Below the pieces are notes generated by a model, which was given only the letters and a program-made list of their open reading frames with translations, did no database searches and was not told the DNA's origin. A stretch of 64,000 bases of DNA from NCBI GenBank assembly GCA_002269645.1, contig NIVC01001095.1:1-64000 (forward strand), in the 5' to 3' direction. The stretch comes from Macrostomum lignano (lineage: Eukaryota). How positions within the stretch are numbered: position 1 is the first letter of the stretch; each line of letters opens with the position of its first letter. The position numbers were made by a program, and so were the translations under genes. Positions 33,903 to 47,477 of the stretch are shown here, in pieces.

Positions 33903-34277
33903 CTACTGAGCAATCTGCTCAATCAACCAGTCTGGATTCGCGCAGAATGTGAACCGATTGTCAACTTTGGCGCCTTCGACTAAACGCGAATAGGCCAAAC
34001 GAACGTTGCCAACTTCGTTGGAATTCTCGTAGAATTCGAAGTAGCTCGGCTCGATTTTAAACAGCACCATGGAATCCGGCGGCGGAATCATCGAGTCTTT
34101 GTAGTGGCAAATCTTCTGGCGAAGGTCCTGGAATTTCTCTTTGAACTCGCTGTCGATTACTTTGCTTTGATTGTTGTCTATGGCGCTGAAGTAGCACTTT
34201 AGCTCGGATGGAAATATCTTCTGAAAGTAGCTGTTCACCACGTGGCGATCGCGAACCAGAGTGGCTTCGCCTTCCAC
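33903..34277 (-). CDS. PNPO: Divergent PNPO-family gene, exon 2 (3' exon)
   Basis: Acceptor ctcag|GTG in phase 0. VEG..YF..NQS..P.P..FEFY..R..Y..DWLIEQIAQ* aligns by eye to the PNPO C-half (VEG..YF..HQS..PKP..MEFW..R..DWLYERLAP). Confidence 0.8.
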   Translation of the reverse strand: MEGEATLVRDRHVVNSYFQKIFPSELKCYFSAIDNNQSKVIDSEFKEKFQDLRQKICHYKDSMIPPPDSMVLFKIEPSYFEFYENSNEVGNVRLAYSRLVEGAKVDNRFTFCANPDWLIEQIAQ

Positions 34278-34589
34278 CTGAGAGGTTTTTTAGGAACGGA
34301 TTTATATGTAGGTTAGCTGTCAGCAGAACTACGAGCGTATATACAATTCTTAAAAAAAACTGCAAACTGCAGCTCAAATGCTTTTTGATGCTTTATAAAA
34401 CCGTTTAATTAAAACGCTGTTCAACTTCACAATCGGAGCACGAAACTGGACGAAAGCCAGGCGCGAACACCGACATGGGTTGGGGAGGGACGCGCGCAAG
34501 CGAACAAATTAACTCTGCCTAAGCAGAACAAGGTGAGCTACATGTAAATCAACGCAAGAAGGCCTTAAAACCAGATTGGTGGAGGTTTG

Positions 34590-35085
34590 GTGCGCACGGG
34601 GACAAAAAGACGCGTAGAGCTGGAGGGAGGTGGGTGCGCACCGGGCAGAAAGTTGCGGAGAGCTGGAGGGAGGTGGGTGCGCAGCGGGCAGAAAGACTAA
34701 GGCGCGGAGAGAGGGAGGTGGGTGCGCACCGGGCAGAAAGTTGCGGAGAGCTGGAGGGAGGTGTGGGTGCGCACCGGGCAGAAAGACGCGGAGAGAGGGG
34801 GAGGTGGATGCTCAAGGGGCAGAAAGACGCGGAGAGGGAGGGAGGTGGATGCTCACGGGGCAGATCAAGACGCGGAGAGGGAGGGAGGTGGATGCTCACG
34901 GGGCAGATCAAGACGCGGAGAGGGAGGGAGGTGGATGCTCACGGGGCAGATCAAGACGCGGAGAGGGAGGGAGGTGGATGCTCACGGGGCAGATCAAGAC
35001 GCGGAGAGGGAGGGAGGTGCACGCTCGCGGGGCAAAAGGACGCGGAGAGGGATGGAGGTGGGTGCGCACAGAAAGACGCAGAGAG
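34590..35085. repeat. GA-rich minisatellite in the PNPO-like intron
   Basis: GGAGGTGGATGCTCACGGGGCAGATCAAGACGCGGAGAGGGAG-type units. Confidence 0.9.
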
Positions 35086-35562
35086 GGGGTCGCCATCATA
35101 AATCCGAAACATTACAAACCCGAAATATCATAACTCCGAAAAACAAAATAGCAACGCCCATCAAAAACCCGAAATATCATAAACCTGAAATATCATAACT
35201 CCGAAATTAATAGCAGGGCCCATCATAAACACGAAATGTCACAAACCCGAAAAATCACAACTCCGGAAACCAAAATAGCATTGCCCATTATAAACCAGAA
35301 GTATCACAAATCCGAAATCATAACTCCCGAAAACCAAAATAGTGTTGAACATTGCTAGAACTTTCGAAGTTATGATATTTCGATTTGTGACATTTCGGGT
35401 TTATAATGGGCAATGCTATTTTTGTTTTCGGAGTTATATGATATTTCGGATTTGTGATTTTCGGGATTATGATGTGCGTTGCTAGCAATTTCGGGTTTAT
35501 GATGGGCGTCGCTATTTTGTTTTTCGGAGTTGTGATTTTTCTGGTTTGTGATGCCCCCCCCC
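35085..35562. mobile_element. Foldback/MITE-like element inserted in the minisatellite
   Basis: Left arm ATAACTCCGAAAAACAAAATAGCAACGCCCATC is mirrored by GATGGGCGTCGCTATTTTGTTTTTCGGAGTTG; G-run and C-run termini; the flanking minisatellite resumes after it. No TSD resolved. Confidence 0.6.
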
Positions 35563-35802
35563 GGAGAGGAAGTGTGCACGGGGCAGAAAGACGTGGAGAG
35601 GAGGGAGTGTGGGTCTGCACAGGGTAGAAAGACGAGGAGAGGGAGTGGCGTGACAGAAAAAGTACAAAAGGTGTACAAAGTTGACCAAGCAAGGGGGCTA
35701 GACGGTAACGGGGCGGTGCACCGAACCGGGCATTAAACCACTGTAAACGTCACCCCGTAAAGGGGCACGCTTCCGGATAAAAAATATAGCCGACTTCCTC
35801 AC

Positions 35803-36114
35803 CATCACATAGCGATCCAGCTTAAGCCAATCAAAGTACAAGCTGACATTTTTGTTTTGAGAAATTTGGTCACCCTTCCGGCTGGTCAGGGTGGATAAGA
35901 ACAAAAATGCGTTGTCGCATACGTCGGCTAGCTGCATTGGTCGCTGCGATGGTCGAAGCGTCTTAGCGCACACGGTGGCCAATAGGAAAATGTCGGCGCT
36001 AGCGAATCGGCCGCTGCGAACTGCGTCCTTCTGCCAGCGGCGGAACAGGCTGAATGGCTGTGCAAAGCCGCGGGCAATCGCCTCCTTGGGATCTTTGATT
36101 GGCTTGGTCTGCGG
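35803..36114 (-). CDS. PNPO: Divergent PNPO-family gene, exon 1 (104 codons, no in-frame ATG)
   Basis: QPFSLFRRWQKDAV..LLATVC..RPSQRPMQL..FLSTLTSRKGDQISQNKNVSLYFDW..RYVM matches the PNPO N-half. Donor ATG|GTGAGG in phase 0. Acceptor TACTAAC...cattag|CCG. Confidence 0.82.
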
Positions 36115-38619
36115 CTAATGCATTTAGAAATATTGAAGTTAGTAACCAGTAAGGACAATATTGGTTTGGATTAGTCTGATAGTGAAGCACCTAACTCAAA
36201 AATTAATATACAATGGCGTATAAATTGAAGGATAAAAAGGTGTAAATAAATTTGTGTATTTTATATAAAAAATTTCTGACTAAGCTAGCAAATTTAATTA
36301 AAAATACTCATTTTAACTGCTTCAGTAGAAATTTATCCAAGTGCATATCTAATTTTCAAATGTTCTGATAAATATTTACAAAAAAGTTTTTCAATCAACT
36401 TATCAACTTAATCAACTTCAGTTTGATTCATAGTATATACAGTGCACATATTTGTAAGACAGTAGACATGCAAATTATCAGTAAATATCTGAAAATATGG
36501 TATGGAATGATACTTTAAATATTTACAAAAACTTTGTTACAAAGTCAACCCATATTTTTGCAAAACAAAGAAATAATAAACGTATCACTATCTTAAAACT
36601 ACAGTAAAATTACAATATAGTATATTTGAAACACTCATGTCAAAAATGTTGTAAAAGCAAAAAATTTTTTAATTTCATTGATACTATTCAATCAAATAAG
36701 GTACTTTTCTTCTTAATTTAATGAAAAAAAGCTATGTTCATATACTGCATTGTACATGCCAAAAATTCAAAAGTCTAAGTTTTAATCTAATCTGTGTAAA
36801 GAATTCCTTTAGAAATAAAAATATAACTCCACAATTTTAAAACAGCAAAAAATTGACACCTTTGTAGGCTCTAAAACTGCCACTTAAAATTAAGTACGCC
36901 TTCTATAGCCGCGCTTGATCCAAAAATATACAGTATATGGGTACAATTCTGTACATGAAAAAACTGCAGTTGGTTGTGTTTTATTGCTTAAGAGAATTTA
37001 ATTGTAATTTTTAGTTAAAAGTTAAAAAATTTAAAAAATTCGAACATATTTAGCACTGCATAAATGAGTTCACTTACCATTTTATTTTGTTAGTAGGGAA
37101 AATGTTGTTTGATAAATTTTAACTCTATTTTTACAAATTATCGAATAATATGTGCTCATTTTATCTGCGCGATAAAAGACAGTAAATTTTAAACATGATG
37201 TTAAGTACAGGTTTTGTGATTTAACATTTAAAATTCAATTGGTAAATAGCAATTTATCACTAAAAATAAAAAAATATTTTAAAATACCAACACAAATGCG
37301 AGTTTTTTCTGCTTTTGTAAATATTTCTATTCGATTTGTTTATTTTTTTACTCTGATAGTTCCGGAAGCTATTTTACAAATACTACAGTACACCCAGTGC
37401 CCCAAAAACTATTGTTGCCATTTCGAGAGAAAACGAGAGCAATTGCTAAGAGTTTGAGATAAAATCTCTAATATTAAAGCATTTCAAGTCAAAAGAAAGG
37501 TCAGTAGGACAATGTAATGCCAGAGAATATAAATAAGTTTCTATTAAATATCCAAGCCTGAAGAATGACAGTCTTCTGGAAGTACTTTCAAAGAATTATT
37601 TTATGGTTTTTAATATGCTTTCGAACTTAGAAGCTAAAAAGTGAAACGGAATCGTGCAAAGTATCTTGTTTTACAGGTATTTATAGTCGTAACTTAATAA
37701 TTAGGTCGGAAAGTTAGTACTTTAACAAATTGTTTTTTTCTTTTTTTATAAATTGACTACAATTTATATAATTTTTAACAAACACTTATGTTTTTTCTTT
37801 AAAAAGAGATTAATAAACCATAAAAATTATATCGTTACTTTAACTGTTATCGCTTTTAAATTTTCTTAATTTCACGCGGGCCTTGACGTGACCCGCCAGT
37901 ACAAGATTTAAAGACTATTGATGTACAGTGCCTTGTTTTTTATTTGTACTTTAATGTTAGTTTACTTTTAGCTGCTGTTATTTTGAACTTTAATTGACAA
38001 TTGGAAGCACGTTTTGCTCGCTTTAGCAATTTTTTCAATATTTGGAAGTTGACACAGTGATGCTCACTGCCATTTTTAGGCTTTAGCAGTTCTATTGAAT
38101 GTGCATTTGATTCCCTTTGTTATTTTCGATCGCTCTTTTGTCATAGAACATATATTATTTTATAATCTATGCGCTTCTTACAGCAGCAAATTTTATACTG
38201 AATCGTACTATATTTGTCTTATATTAATATTTAGCCATAAAATTTACTAATTTTTTATAAAATATACATTCTATATGTCATAACTCATAGTCTCATACTA
38301 AGCTTACATCAAATGCGAATCATAGCCCTTCTTATATTTATGCCACTTATATCAAGGGAATATGTATCAAACCATTATTTATGCAAACTGTAGTACTACA
38401 CTAGTTAATGAAGACAAAGTCTTTTCGCCCCAGTGAGCTTTGGGGTTGGAATTTTATAATACCTAGTGTTGTATCAATTATTTAAAGACTTTCAAGGCAT
38501 TATTAACGCTGATGCTCCTAATATTTTGCATCGTGTCATACATAAAGTTAGCCTAATAGATAAAGTAGGGCGAGAGTTGTAAAATGTCTCTAACGTCAAA
38601 TGATTTATAGGAAGGGAAT

Positions 38620-39398
38620 TAGGGATGTCAATTCCCCAGGGAATTATCTTATCGGGGACCCCGGTGAAAAGAAAAAATAAGTAAAAATGGCGGATCACTT
38701 AGATTGTAAGTGGAATTTTTTAAACTTTGATTTAAGCTTTGTACTACATGTTCAAGTTGCAGGGGTAAAAATTTTAAACAATGTTTTTTTAAACTGTATT
38801 TGACAATGTGGCATCACAAAATTGTGCGCGCACCTTTATCGGAAAAGTGCATTTGTTGGAATGCATGCTAAACAGCTACGCTCGTGAGAGGATAATTAAT
38901 GAATGAGACTGTTTTTATAATCGGAATTTTATTTCTTGCATATATATGTAAATCACCATTTTGTCCTTGTCTAATAGGGAGTATATGTATGACACCCCCC
39001 TATGCGTCAGTGCTTGACGCATGACGCAGCGCTGCGCCTGCGTCAAGCCGTCAACGCAGACCAACACAGCAGTCACTAGTCAGTAAGGCTTCTTTTTCCT
39101 GACGGGTTTCTTTTCTACGTGCAATTTGCTTGATTGAATGACTTATTAGTGAAAAAACAATCAAACGTGTGTTGTGTTTCAAATACATGTAATGCATTGA
39201 AATAAGCAATTATGCGGTAAAAGAGCATAGACAGAGTTTCAATCAGCTTTCTGTGAATCAGTTTCTTATTTTAATGGCAAAAATTAAGTTACAAATGCAT
39301 TTTTTCATATTTTTTCTCCCCAGGGTCCCCGGTTAAATTCCCCGGAGAGTATTCCCCGACAAGCTCCCCGGGGAGCACTCCCGGGGTCAACATCCCTA
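38620..39398. mobile_element. hAT-like non-autonomous element
   Basis: TAGGGATGT...ACATCCCTA termini, CCCCGGGG subrepeats, and GAAGGGAA flanking both sides (1-nt ambiguity on the left). Confidence 0.7.
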
Positions 39399-42300
39399 GA
39401 AGGGAAACTACGAGCATAAGTTCTGCAACACATATACAAGTAGCTAAGCATTAATAGACGCACTGCACCGATAAAATGTAATGGAATTGCTCGAATCACC
39501 GACACCAAGACCCATAAAACTGGAGAAACTGGCAGGATATAGTAGATACATGTAGGTCAGAATCAGAAGTGATCATGGGTGGGTGGGTCAAGTGATCATG
39601 GGTTCGACCTCGATTGTATTATTCCTTCTTAATCTTATGCAATTAATTGTAAATTTGGTATGAAGTAACAGTAATTATCCTTGACCATGCTAGAGTAAAG
39701 ACAAGTCAAAGTCAAGTTAATAAAAATAGACACACAGTGTAACAATAACAATGGTTTTTAGAGCCATTTTTCTTGTCTGTGTTTGTCTTTGTACATACAT
39801 GTACATTTGGGAAGACTTATCTGGACCCAATCCCTTCTTATTCTACATGTACGCTGTTTTGGGTATGGGGGTTAGAGTTGGGCCGTCTGACACCCCCCTC
39901 CCCCCCCCTACCATAGTGGACTGGAGAGAAAGAAGCACATGCTATCGCTATTGGCTAGCCTGTCGTTCTCTTTCTCTTTACCTTTTGTCTTGTGTAGCGT
40001 ACACTATCCAATGCACAAGGCCTAACTTTCCACTAAAGGAAGGTTCATATAGTCCGCCCATGGGCTTCCTCTTGCTTTCGCGTACACTCAAGGCCACTCA
40101 CTCTCAACACCAGCCACTAGAGGCTTGTTTTAAATAATCGATCGATAATATTAAATGTACACTTGAAAGCTTGCTTTGGATCCTAGCAGAAGGGGGAGAA
40201 AGTGGCCAAGGCCACCACACCCCACAAGGCAGGCAGGCCGGCCCGAGTGCGATAACGAATGACAAAAAAATAGAAAAGTACAATTTACACATCAACTTTC
40301 AATACAATAAATACAATAATAGGTACGGTATTAATGACAGTGTATTTTCGCACAAAGTAGCTACGTTCAAACCACCAGCATGTAAACAGCTAAAATTTCA
40401 CTGTTTATGAAATTTTATAAAATTTAACACATCATTTTAGATATTGAAAACTTTTAAAGGAGGGTATTACTGTTGCATGTGACTATAAAATCGTGGTAGG
40501 TATAGCTGATGATGAAACTGGTGATTGGTATCTAGCTTTTTTGATAACTTAGCCGGTTAGACCCCGAAATAGCTATTGTAATTTGTAACGCTGGAGCCAA
40601 ATACAAATACAATGGAGCAATTAGTTTCTCTCAAATCTGTCTCTGCCAGTGCCAGTTTAGTCCATAGTAAGTAACCAAAGTAAAATACCCATTAGTGGTC
40701 CCGTTTCTAATGTTTATAAATATTAAGCTTCAGTTTACTTTTGGCACAGTATGCAATTTTGAAAATTCACCCTAATAACGGTTTGCACCAGCAGGAAAGC
40801 AACTATTTTGTTGTTGGAAATCGGATTAAGCAGTCAAAAGAGTGTATTTCTATGAAAAAAAGGTACTTTTTTTCCATTTTTTCAAATATTTAAACAGGTT
40901 TCGCTCTTTCAATAAAAAAATCATCGCAGTACCTTAAAGTACAGTTAGTTTGGAATTAGATGACGGCGTTGAATTGTTTCTTCCATATTCCAAAAATTAT
41001 AATGAGCACTTTTCCTCAAATCAGTTTGAGATCATGATTTTTAGTCTTTCGTCGATAACTTTCTGATTTCAAATGTTTAAGAATTGAAAACTTCCACACT
41101 TGTGTATCTTTGAATTGCGCATCAATTGGTGCATAGTATGTATGCTTAACTATTAGCAGTATAGAAAAAAATGCAAAAAACTGTAAAAGTACATTTTCAA
41201 TTTTTGCATTTTTTGCAACCAAAGTGCCAACTTTTTGATACAATTGAAAAAAACAACCCAATAATGTTATGCATCTTAGTAAGGCGCACCTATAACCCTC
41301 GAACATTTTTAGCTCGAGTTTTAATGTGCATGAGGAAATGCACTTTTGTAAAGACATAATCTTAAGACAAACATTTCAACTGAAGCCTGTTCCTTTTCTC
41401 CACAGTGAATCCATACAAAACTATACTCGTTAAATAGATCAGATTCTTCTCTTTAAAATGACACCTCACTTGTGAAATTCGCACTTGTAGTTTTGAAGTT
41501 ACAGCAGTTTTTGTGAGATTTTTCTTGTCATTTTTTCGATGCACACGTCTCATATTATTATATTCGTCACAAGCCAGACCACCCAATGCGCTTCGCGCAT
41601 TGGCTGGCTGTTTGTTCCTCATGCTCGGCACTTTGTGCCTCGCGCATTCGCTCCGCTCACTGGGAACTAGAGATCATTGATTATATAGGATAGGCCCTAT
41701 GCCAGAGATTTCTAACAAAAATTTATGTTTATTGGTTGTTGGAAATATGAAATAGAAGTTGGCTTGATATCTCTACTGGCATATAATATTGGCCACAAGA
41801 AGTCATAAAAATCTTAGAATATATTTTAATGAAATTTTGATGTACTGTTCTTTATTCTGGTATATATTTTGCATGATCTCTTTACTAAGTATGGTTGCAA
41901 ATGTAAAGGATTGAAAGACATTTTAAAATAATAAATGCAATTTATACTTGTTTTAAAAACAAGTCATAATATATTCAACTACCAGGTAGATAAGAAGCTT
42001 CTTTTTAATTTTGATCCATACCTGTTAGTGTTAGGAAATATTTGTCTCCTAACTATGTCAACTAGCATATGAAAAAAACAAAAAAGATATGAAAATAATT
42101 ACTGATTATTAACAAAAAGTCCAATTGATAGTTATTAAATATTTATAGCAACAACTATGTCATTTGTGCCAACTATGCAAAATTAACAGTTAAGGACAAA
42201 TGAATTAATATGCTAATTGGCATAGTTGTGGCACAGTTAGTGGAATTGCAAATTTAGCTAAGGCAATTATTTCCTACCAAGTAGTTAGATTGGTATCCAC

Positions 42301-45300
42301 ACTTTTTGGTGCCTATTCTTTTTAGTACATGGTATCTCAGTATCCCGTGTTTGCTTTATTGGCCCTAATTATAAATAAAAAATAGATGTCAAAATAAGAA
42401 AATAGCCCTGGTCTAATCTAAAAAATAAAAGTTTGTCAGTACTTTTACTTCAAATAGCCAAAATATTATTCATTTTGTTAAGCTGATGTGCTTTTTATTT
42501 TGAAAAGTCTCTCATTTCAATGAAATTAAATTCAGTCTAAAAAAGTTTTTTATTTCATATAAATGTGTTTATATATTTTTGTCCTTTTTACTTCTTTTTG
42601 TGGCAACAAAGGGCCAGAGTTAGAATTTAATGAATATCACATAAGTTAATTCAATGGTTAAAGCATGTTTTTTATTATACAACTGATAGTGTATAGTTAA
42701 GCTAATTGAATTAAATCAAAAGGGAGATTTTCCAAGAGTAAGAAGTTCAGCAGTGTGACAAAATGAATGAACAATGCTTTCATTAGGTAATGAAAAATGT
42801 TGTAGCAAATTTATTACATTATTATACAATTACTTTTTGTATTTATAAGTCCTATATGAACATTTACATGAACTATGGCACTGAAAAGCAAACTAGGGTA
42901 TTTTTCAAGGTGGAATTTTCTGTTAGCCCTTTATAGACAAAAGTTTCTGAACACAACAATCAATATTCATATTTTTGATTTATACAAGTATTATATATGT
43001 TTTATATGTTATGTTGTTTATGTTGTTTTATATGTTTTATGTTTTCTAAATTAAATTATAAATATAAATTATATAAAACATATATATAAACAAAATACAA
43101 AACATATTGCCTAGTTATTTGACTAGCCGAAACTCAAAGAAACTTGGCATTTTGCACTATTTTTAAAGCAAATCCTATAAAAATGCCAGTTACCAAAAAG
43201 CATAGAAACCCTGTGATTAGTATGTTATGTTGTTCTTTTGCTTTTTCTTGTTGCTAAGAATTTGAAGTGTTCATTTTGATATAATAGAATATAATAACAT
43301 TAAATTTTAATTATCTTATTAAGAGTTAGTAAACATATAATGTGTTGTTTTTTAATGAATTTTGATATCCAAGTGTCCAATATGTATAAAGCATTTGATT
43401 AATTGTGTATTGTAGCATTTTTTATTATGCCAGTACATTAGCCATCCTGAAAGAAGTCCATAGGCCTATACTTTTTGTTTAAGAATCTACTAATTGATGT
43501 AACCGCCCTTGTCGCCTGTCCGCTCCATTGAGAGACAAATGCATGACTAGAGGGGGCAATGACCGTAGGCTGCCTATGACTGGGCAATGACCTGACAGAC
43601 CTCCAGCACCAGACTGTCCCGCCCACATGATTGATAGCTTTGGTAGCGCTTCATGACCAGAGGGCCAAGGACCCATATGGACCCCACCTGTAGCCAAGGT
43701 GCAATAGTTGGTCACTCGGTCATAGTATGACCGAGTGGCTGCCACCACTCTATGTGACCTGGCGCACCTGGATCTTTCTACCAGACCTCTCGAGGCTAGA
43801 GCCCCGCCTGGGATGGTTACCAGGAGATTTAGGCTAACAGGGGAGACACATGCAGCCGAGTACAGGGACTCTGCTTGGGGCATGATCGGGAACTCTGGGC
43901 TCAATCTGGAGGATTTCTCAGCAGGGGATCCTTTGTGGCTGTGAGCGAGGCTGACTTGCGACTTTGATTACTAAAAGTAGTATGAGGCAAACATGTACTG
44001 TCTATAGTTTAGATTGCTCAAGGCGAAGGGACGCATCAGCATGGGGTTGCAACCTTCCTACTGCCATTCTGTGCCAAGACTGACTAATCCCTCTACTGCA
44101 CGCACACGCAGCCCCGCAGCACGCACTCACAGGCGGGCTTTGCACGGGGAGAGGCAATTAGCTTACCCAACTTCCTTATGCTTTGCCACCCTGGGAGAAA
44201 GGCTTAGCAAGCCATGGGTGAAATGATGGTGAAAGAGTGAATAATGATGAGGTTAGTTAATAGTTAATAATTAGGCCCTTAGGCAAATAATCAGGCAATA
44301 AGGCGGCTTCACTATTGAGTAGAATACAGCAAAAAGTTACGGTATCACAATTAGCTCAGCTCTCTAGTCAAGCAATGGCAAAATAGGCAAACCCCAGATA
44401 AGCAAAGGCGATTAGAGCACAAATTAGTAACAGGAACTTACCGGCAGCTGCACAGAGAGAGAGAGGCGGAGTGACCGAGGGCGGCTGTAGGCTGCAGTCA
44501 GGCAGACAGTGAAGCGGCGATGCGCTGAAGTGACTAGGCGCTGGTGTAGATCAGGCAATGCTGATGATGCTGGGCGGTATCAGACCGCTGGCCGATAGGC
44601 GAGCTCGCTTGGGGAGCTGAAGATAACTTGGCGGGTTCGTCTTATAGATGGGAAGGTCAGAACAGTGTCTGACTGCAAGTCCAAAGAAGGACGAGGAGAC
44701 GAACAGGTTGAAACGTCTGAGCATTCTCCTGCTGAAAACCGCTTCCTTATATGCCTTCCCAGCCGCTGCTCCAAGGTCGTTTCCATGACTCCCTCTCTCT
44801 GATTGGCTGCCGGCAGAATGACGTCAGAATGAGTCATGATGAGAAGCATGAGACCGGCATAGCAACATGAGAAATGGGAGAATTGCGCTATCCGGAGGTG
44901 GGGTGGGGGGATAATTGGCGCAGCGGGAGGTCGCGGGAGTGTTGCACAAGCAAACATTGAGAACAATGGGGCTGGGGTCGAGAACAAAGGAATTGGGAAT
45001 CGGGGATAATTGGGGAGAATCGAGAACAATAGAAAAGCAAACATTGGGGAAAATGTGATAATTAGGTGCGAAAACGAGAAAAATAGAAGCGGAGGTGGGG
45101 TGGGTGTCGCATGAGAAATTTGGGGAGGAGAACAATAGCGTGAGAAAAGGTTGCGCAAGAGAGGGGGATGAGTCATCGATGAGTCATCGAGGGGAAGAGG
45201 GGGTCACACGACTTGCGTCACCATTTGGGAGTTTGAGAAGGGATGGGGGAACGGTGAGCACACAGAATACTGTAAGTAGACGCAGAGAAAAGGGGGGACA

Positions 45301-47477
45301 GCGCAGGAAAATAGTGCGAAAAGGGGCCAAAAGAGGGGAGACAGAAAGAGTACATAAAGAATAGGGAGGCGGGCAGGGGAGATAGGGTAGAGGGGGAGGT
45401 ACAAAGAGGGAGGGGGAAGCTCCGGAAAGGCAAGTGTGGCGGCAGGAGAGATGGAGCCAAGGCAGCAGGGGGTGCAGCAGAGCGGGAGTCTCCAGGCCTG
45501 GTCAAAGACCTGGCCGAGTCTCAACAGCTCTGTGCAGGGGGTGCATGGCGATAGGAGGCACTCTCGAAAAAGTTCCTGTGCCCTATCCCGCAACCAGAGC
45601 GTGGTTACATCATAATATTATTTTTTAACAAATAAACTTTGCTACTATGGTAACTTGTGAACCTGTATACACACTTGCTTGTAATAAAAGAGTAGCTAAT
45701 TAAAATATCAACTTCTAAATATATTCCTGGTATAATACAGTGATACCCAGTTTTTTAGCTATAGTTACAAATTGTTTATAGGCAATAAACTTGCTATGGA
45801 AAAATGGTGCAACTTGACTTTAATTATAGAGCATCAATTAAAGGCTAAATGTTTTTACTACTATGGTTAACTAAATTTTTGTAGGATTTGCTTTATAAAT
45901 TGTGCTAAACGACAAGTTTCTTTAGGTTTAGGCTAGTCAAATGACTAGACAATATTTTTTATTGATCAATATATAAATACATTTAGTACTTGTATAAACC
46001 ACAAATATGAATATTGATTTTTGTGTTTAGCAACTTTTTTGTCTACAGGAGGGCTGACAAAGAAGTCCACTTTGGGGAATACAAATTTTAAATGTGTTGA
46101 TTGCAATTGTACTTGCCTTTTGACCTTTGTCACCTAAGCATTTTCCACTTAAACTTTTGGCCACCCTGGCCCCTTTTTGCTTTTGCATTATAGCAACCTA
46201 ATAGCTTTGCCAATCGTTTTTAGAAAGATAAAAGCTTTTTTCATAGCCCAGTCTTGCACCTAGGCAAGAGCCTCTTTGGATTTTTAAAATCGTTCGTTTG
46301 GAAGCCAATCATAGCTCTTTTATTTCAGCTTTGCATGAATTTAAGTAATTCCCATTTAGCTTACTACTCTTAGTAGCCCATATCATTTGTAAATGTGTCT
46401 TTTTATATCTAGATATTGTTGCTACATTCTTTTAGATGAGATGTCTATATGGTTCGTGTGTTTAGCTATCAACAATAGCCTTTGGTTGTGGATTTATTGA
46501 CTTAATATTTTATGACACATGCATTTATTTGCAGCCAATGGTAGTTATTACAAACAATTTTTCTGCAAAAGTTATTCATAGATAGTTTTAGTTTTCTTTA
46601 TTTATTGTTCAACATTTTGTTCGTGTTTCTATCTATCTGATTAAATGATTTGACTAGCTGAGTGAGAGCAGTTGGTTTAGAGTCTGGATTCTACCTTTTA
46701 AATCGGGTTGGCCAACTTATAATTATGGCCGATAAAAGCTTTCAAAAGTTGGTCTATATTTCCTTTTTGTTGCGTTTTTATTGGCTGAGGCCCAGTTCTT
46801 CTTCCCTCCTTGCCAACCAGCCAGCATCTCCCAACTTCCCCGCAAACCCCAAGCCCTGATTTCCAATAAAAGCACGTCCTTCCTACTGCCTTTTTCTTTG
46901 GTGCAGTCTGCCGCCATTTTTCTTTCTCTAGTCCGCGTCCTATACATAAATGTGATTAGAGCATACACAGTACAAGCAGGCAGTGACAAGATCTGGCAGC
47001 TGGCAGGCGGTGTCCGCTGATTAATAGTGTTAAAGCAAAGAAAGAATAGAAACGCATTCGGCTTCAGAGGTCATCTTCTACATCGAGCGCAATCTACGCA
47101 ACTAGCCAACTGGGTAAAAAGAATGCGATTTATCTAACTTTATCTGTTACTAATACTTTTGTCTTGTAAAAATTTTCAACTGTCAAACAGTCCTAAAAGT
47201 AGATAATAGTTGCGGGCTTTAGTGTCGATTTAATCTAGAATAGTGTGTAGAGTATCAAAATTTGTTCCTGTGCGCAGCTAACGGGGTAAAAACTTAATGG
47301 TAGTCTAATTAACTAATTAACAGCAATTATTTTGTTGTCATGTTTTCTATCGTTTTATATGGCTCGTTTATTTGTCTAAATATCAATTTGTTTGTTAGTT
47401 AAAAGCTCTGAAAGCTTTCAGAGACGAACTCATTTGTTAGATTTTTCAAACATTTAGCCTACCGCACATTCGATGAC

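Noticed and set aside
41560-41670. Helitron-like 3' end (GCGCTTCGCGC hairpins, ...CTAG)
   Set aside because: No 5' TC end, no A|T target and no second copy could be identified; too weak to call.
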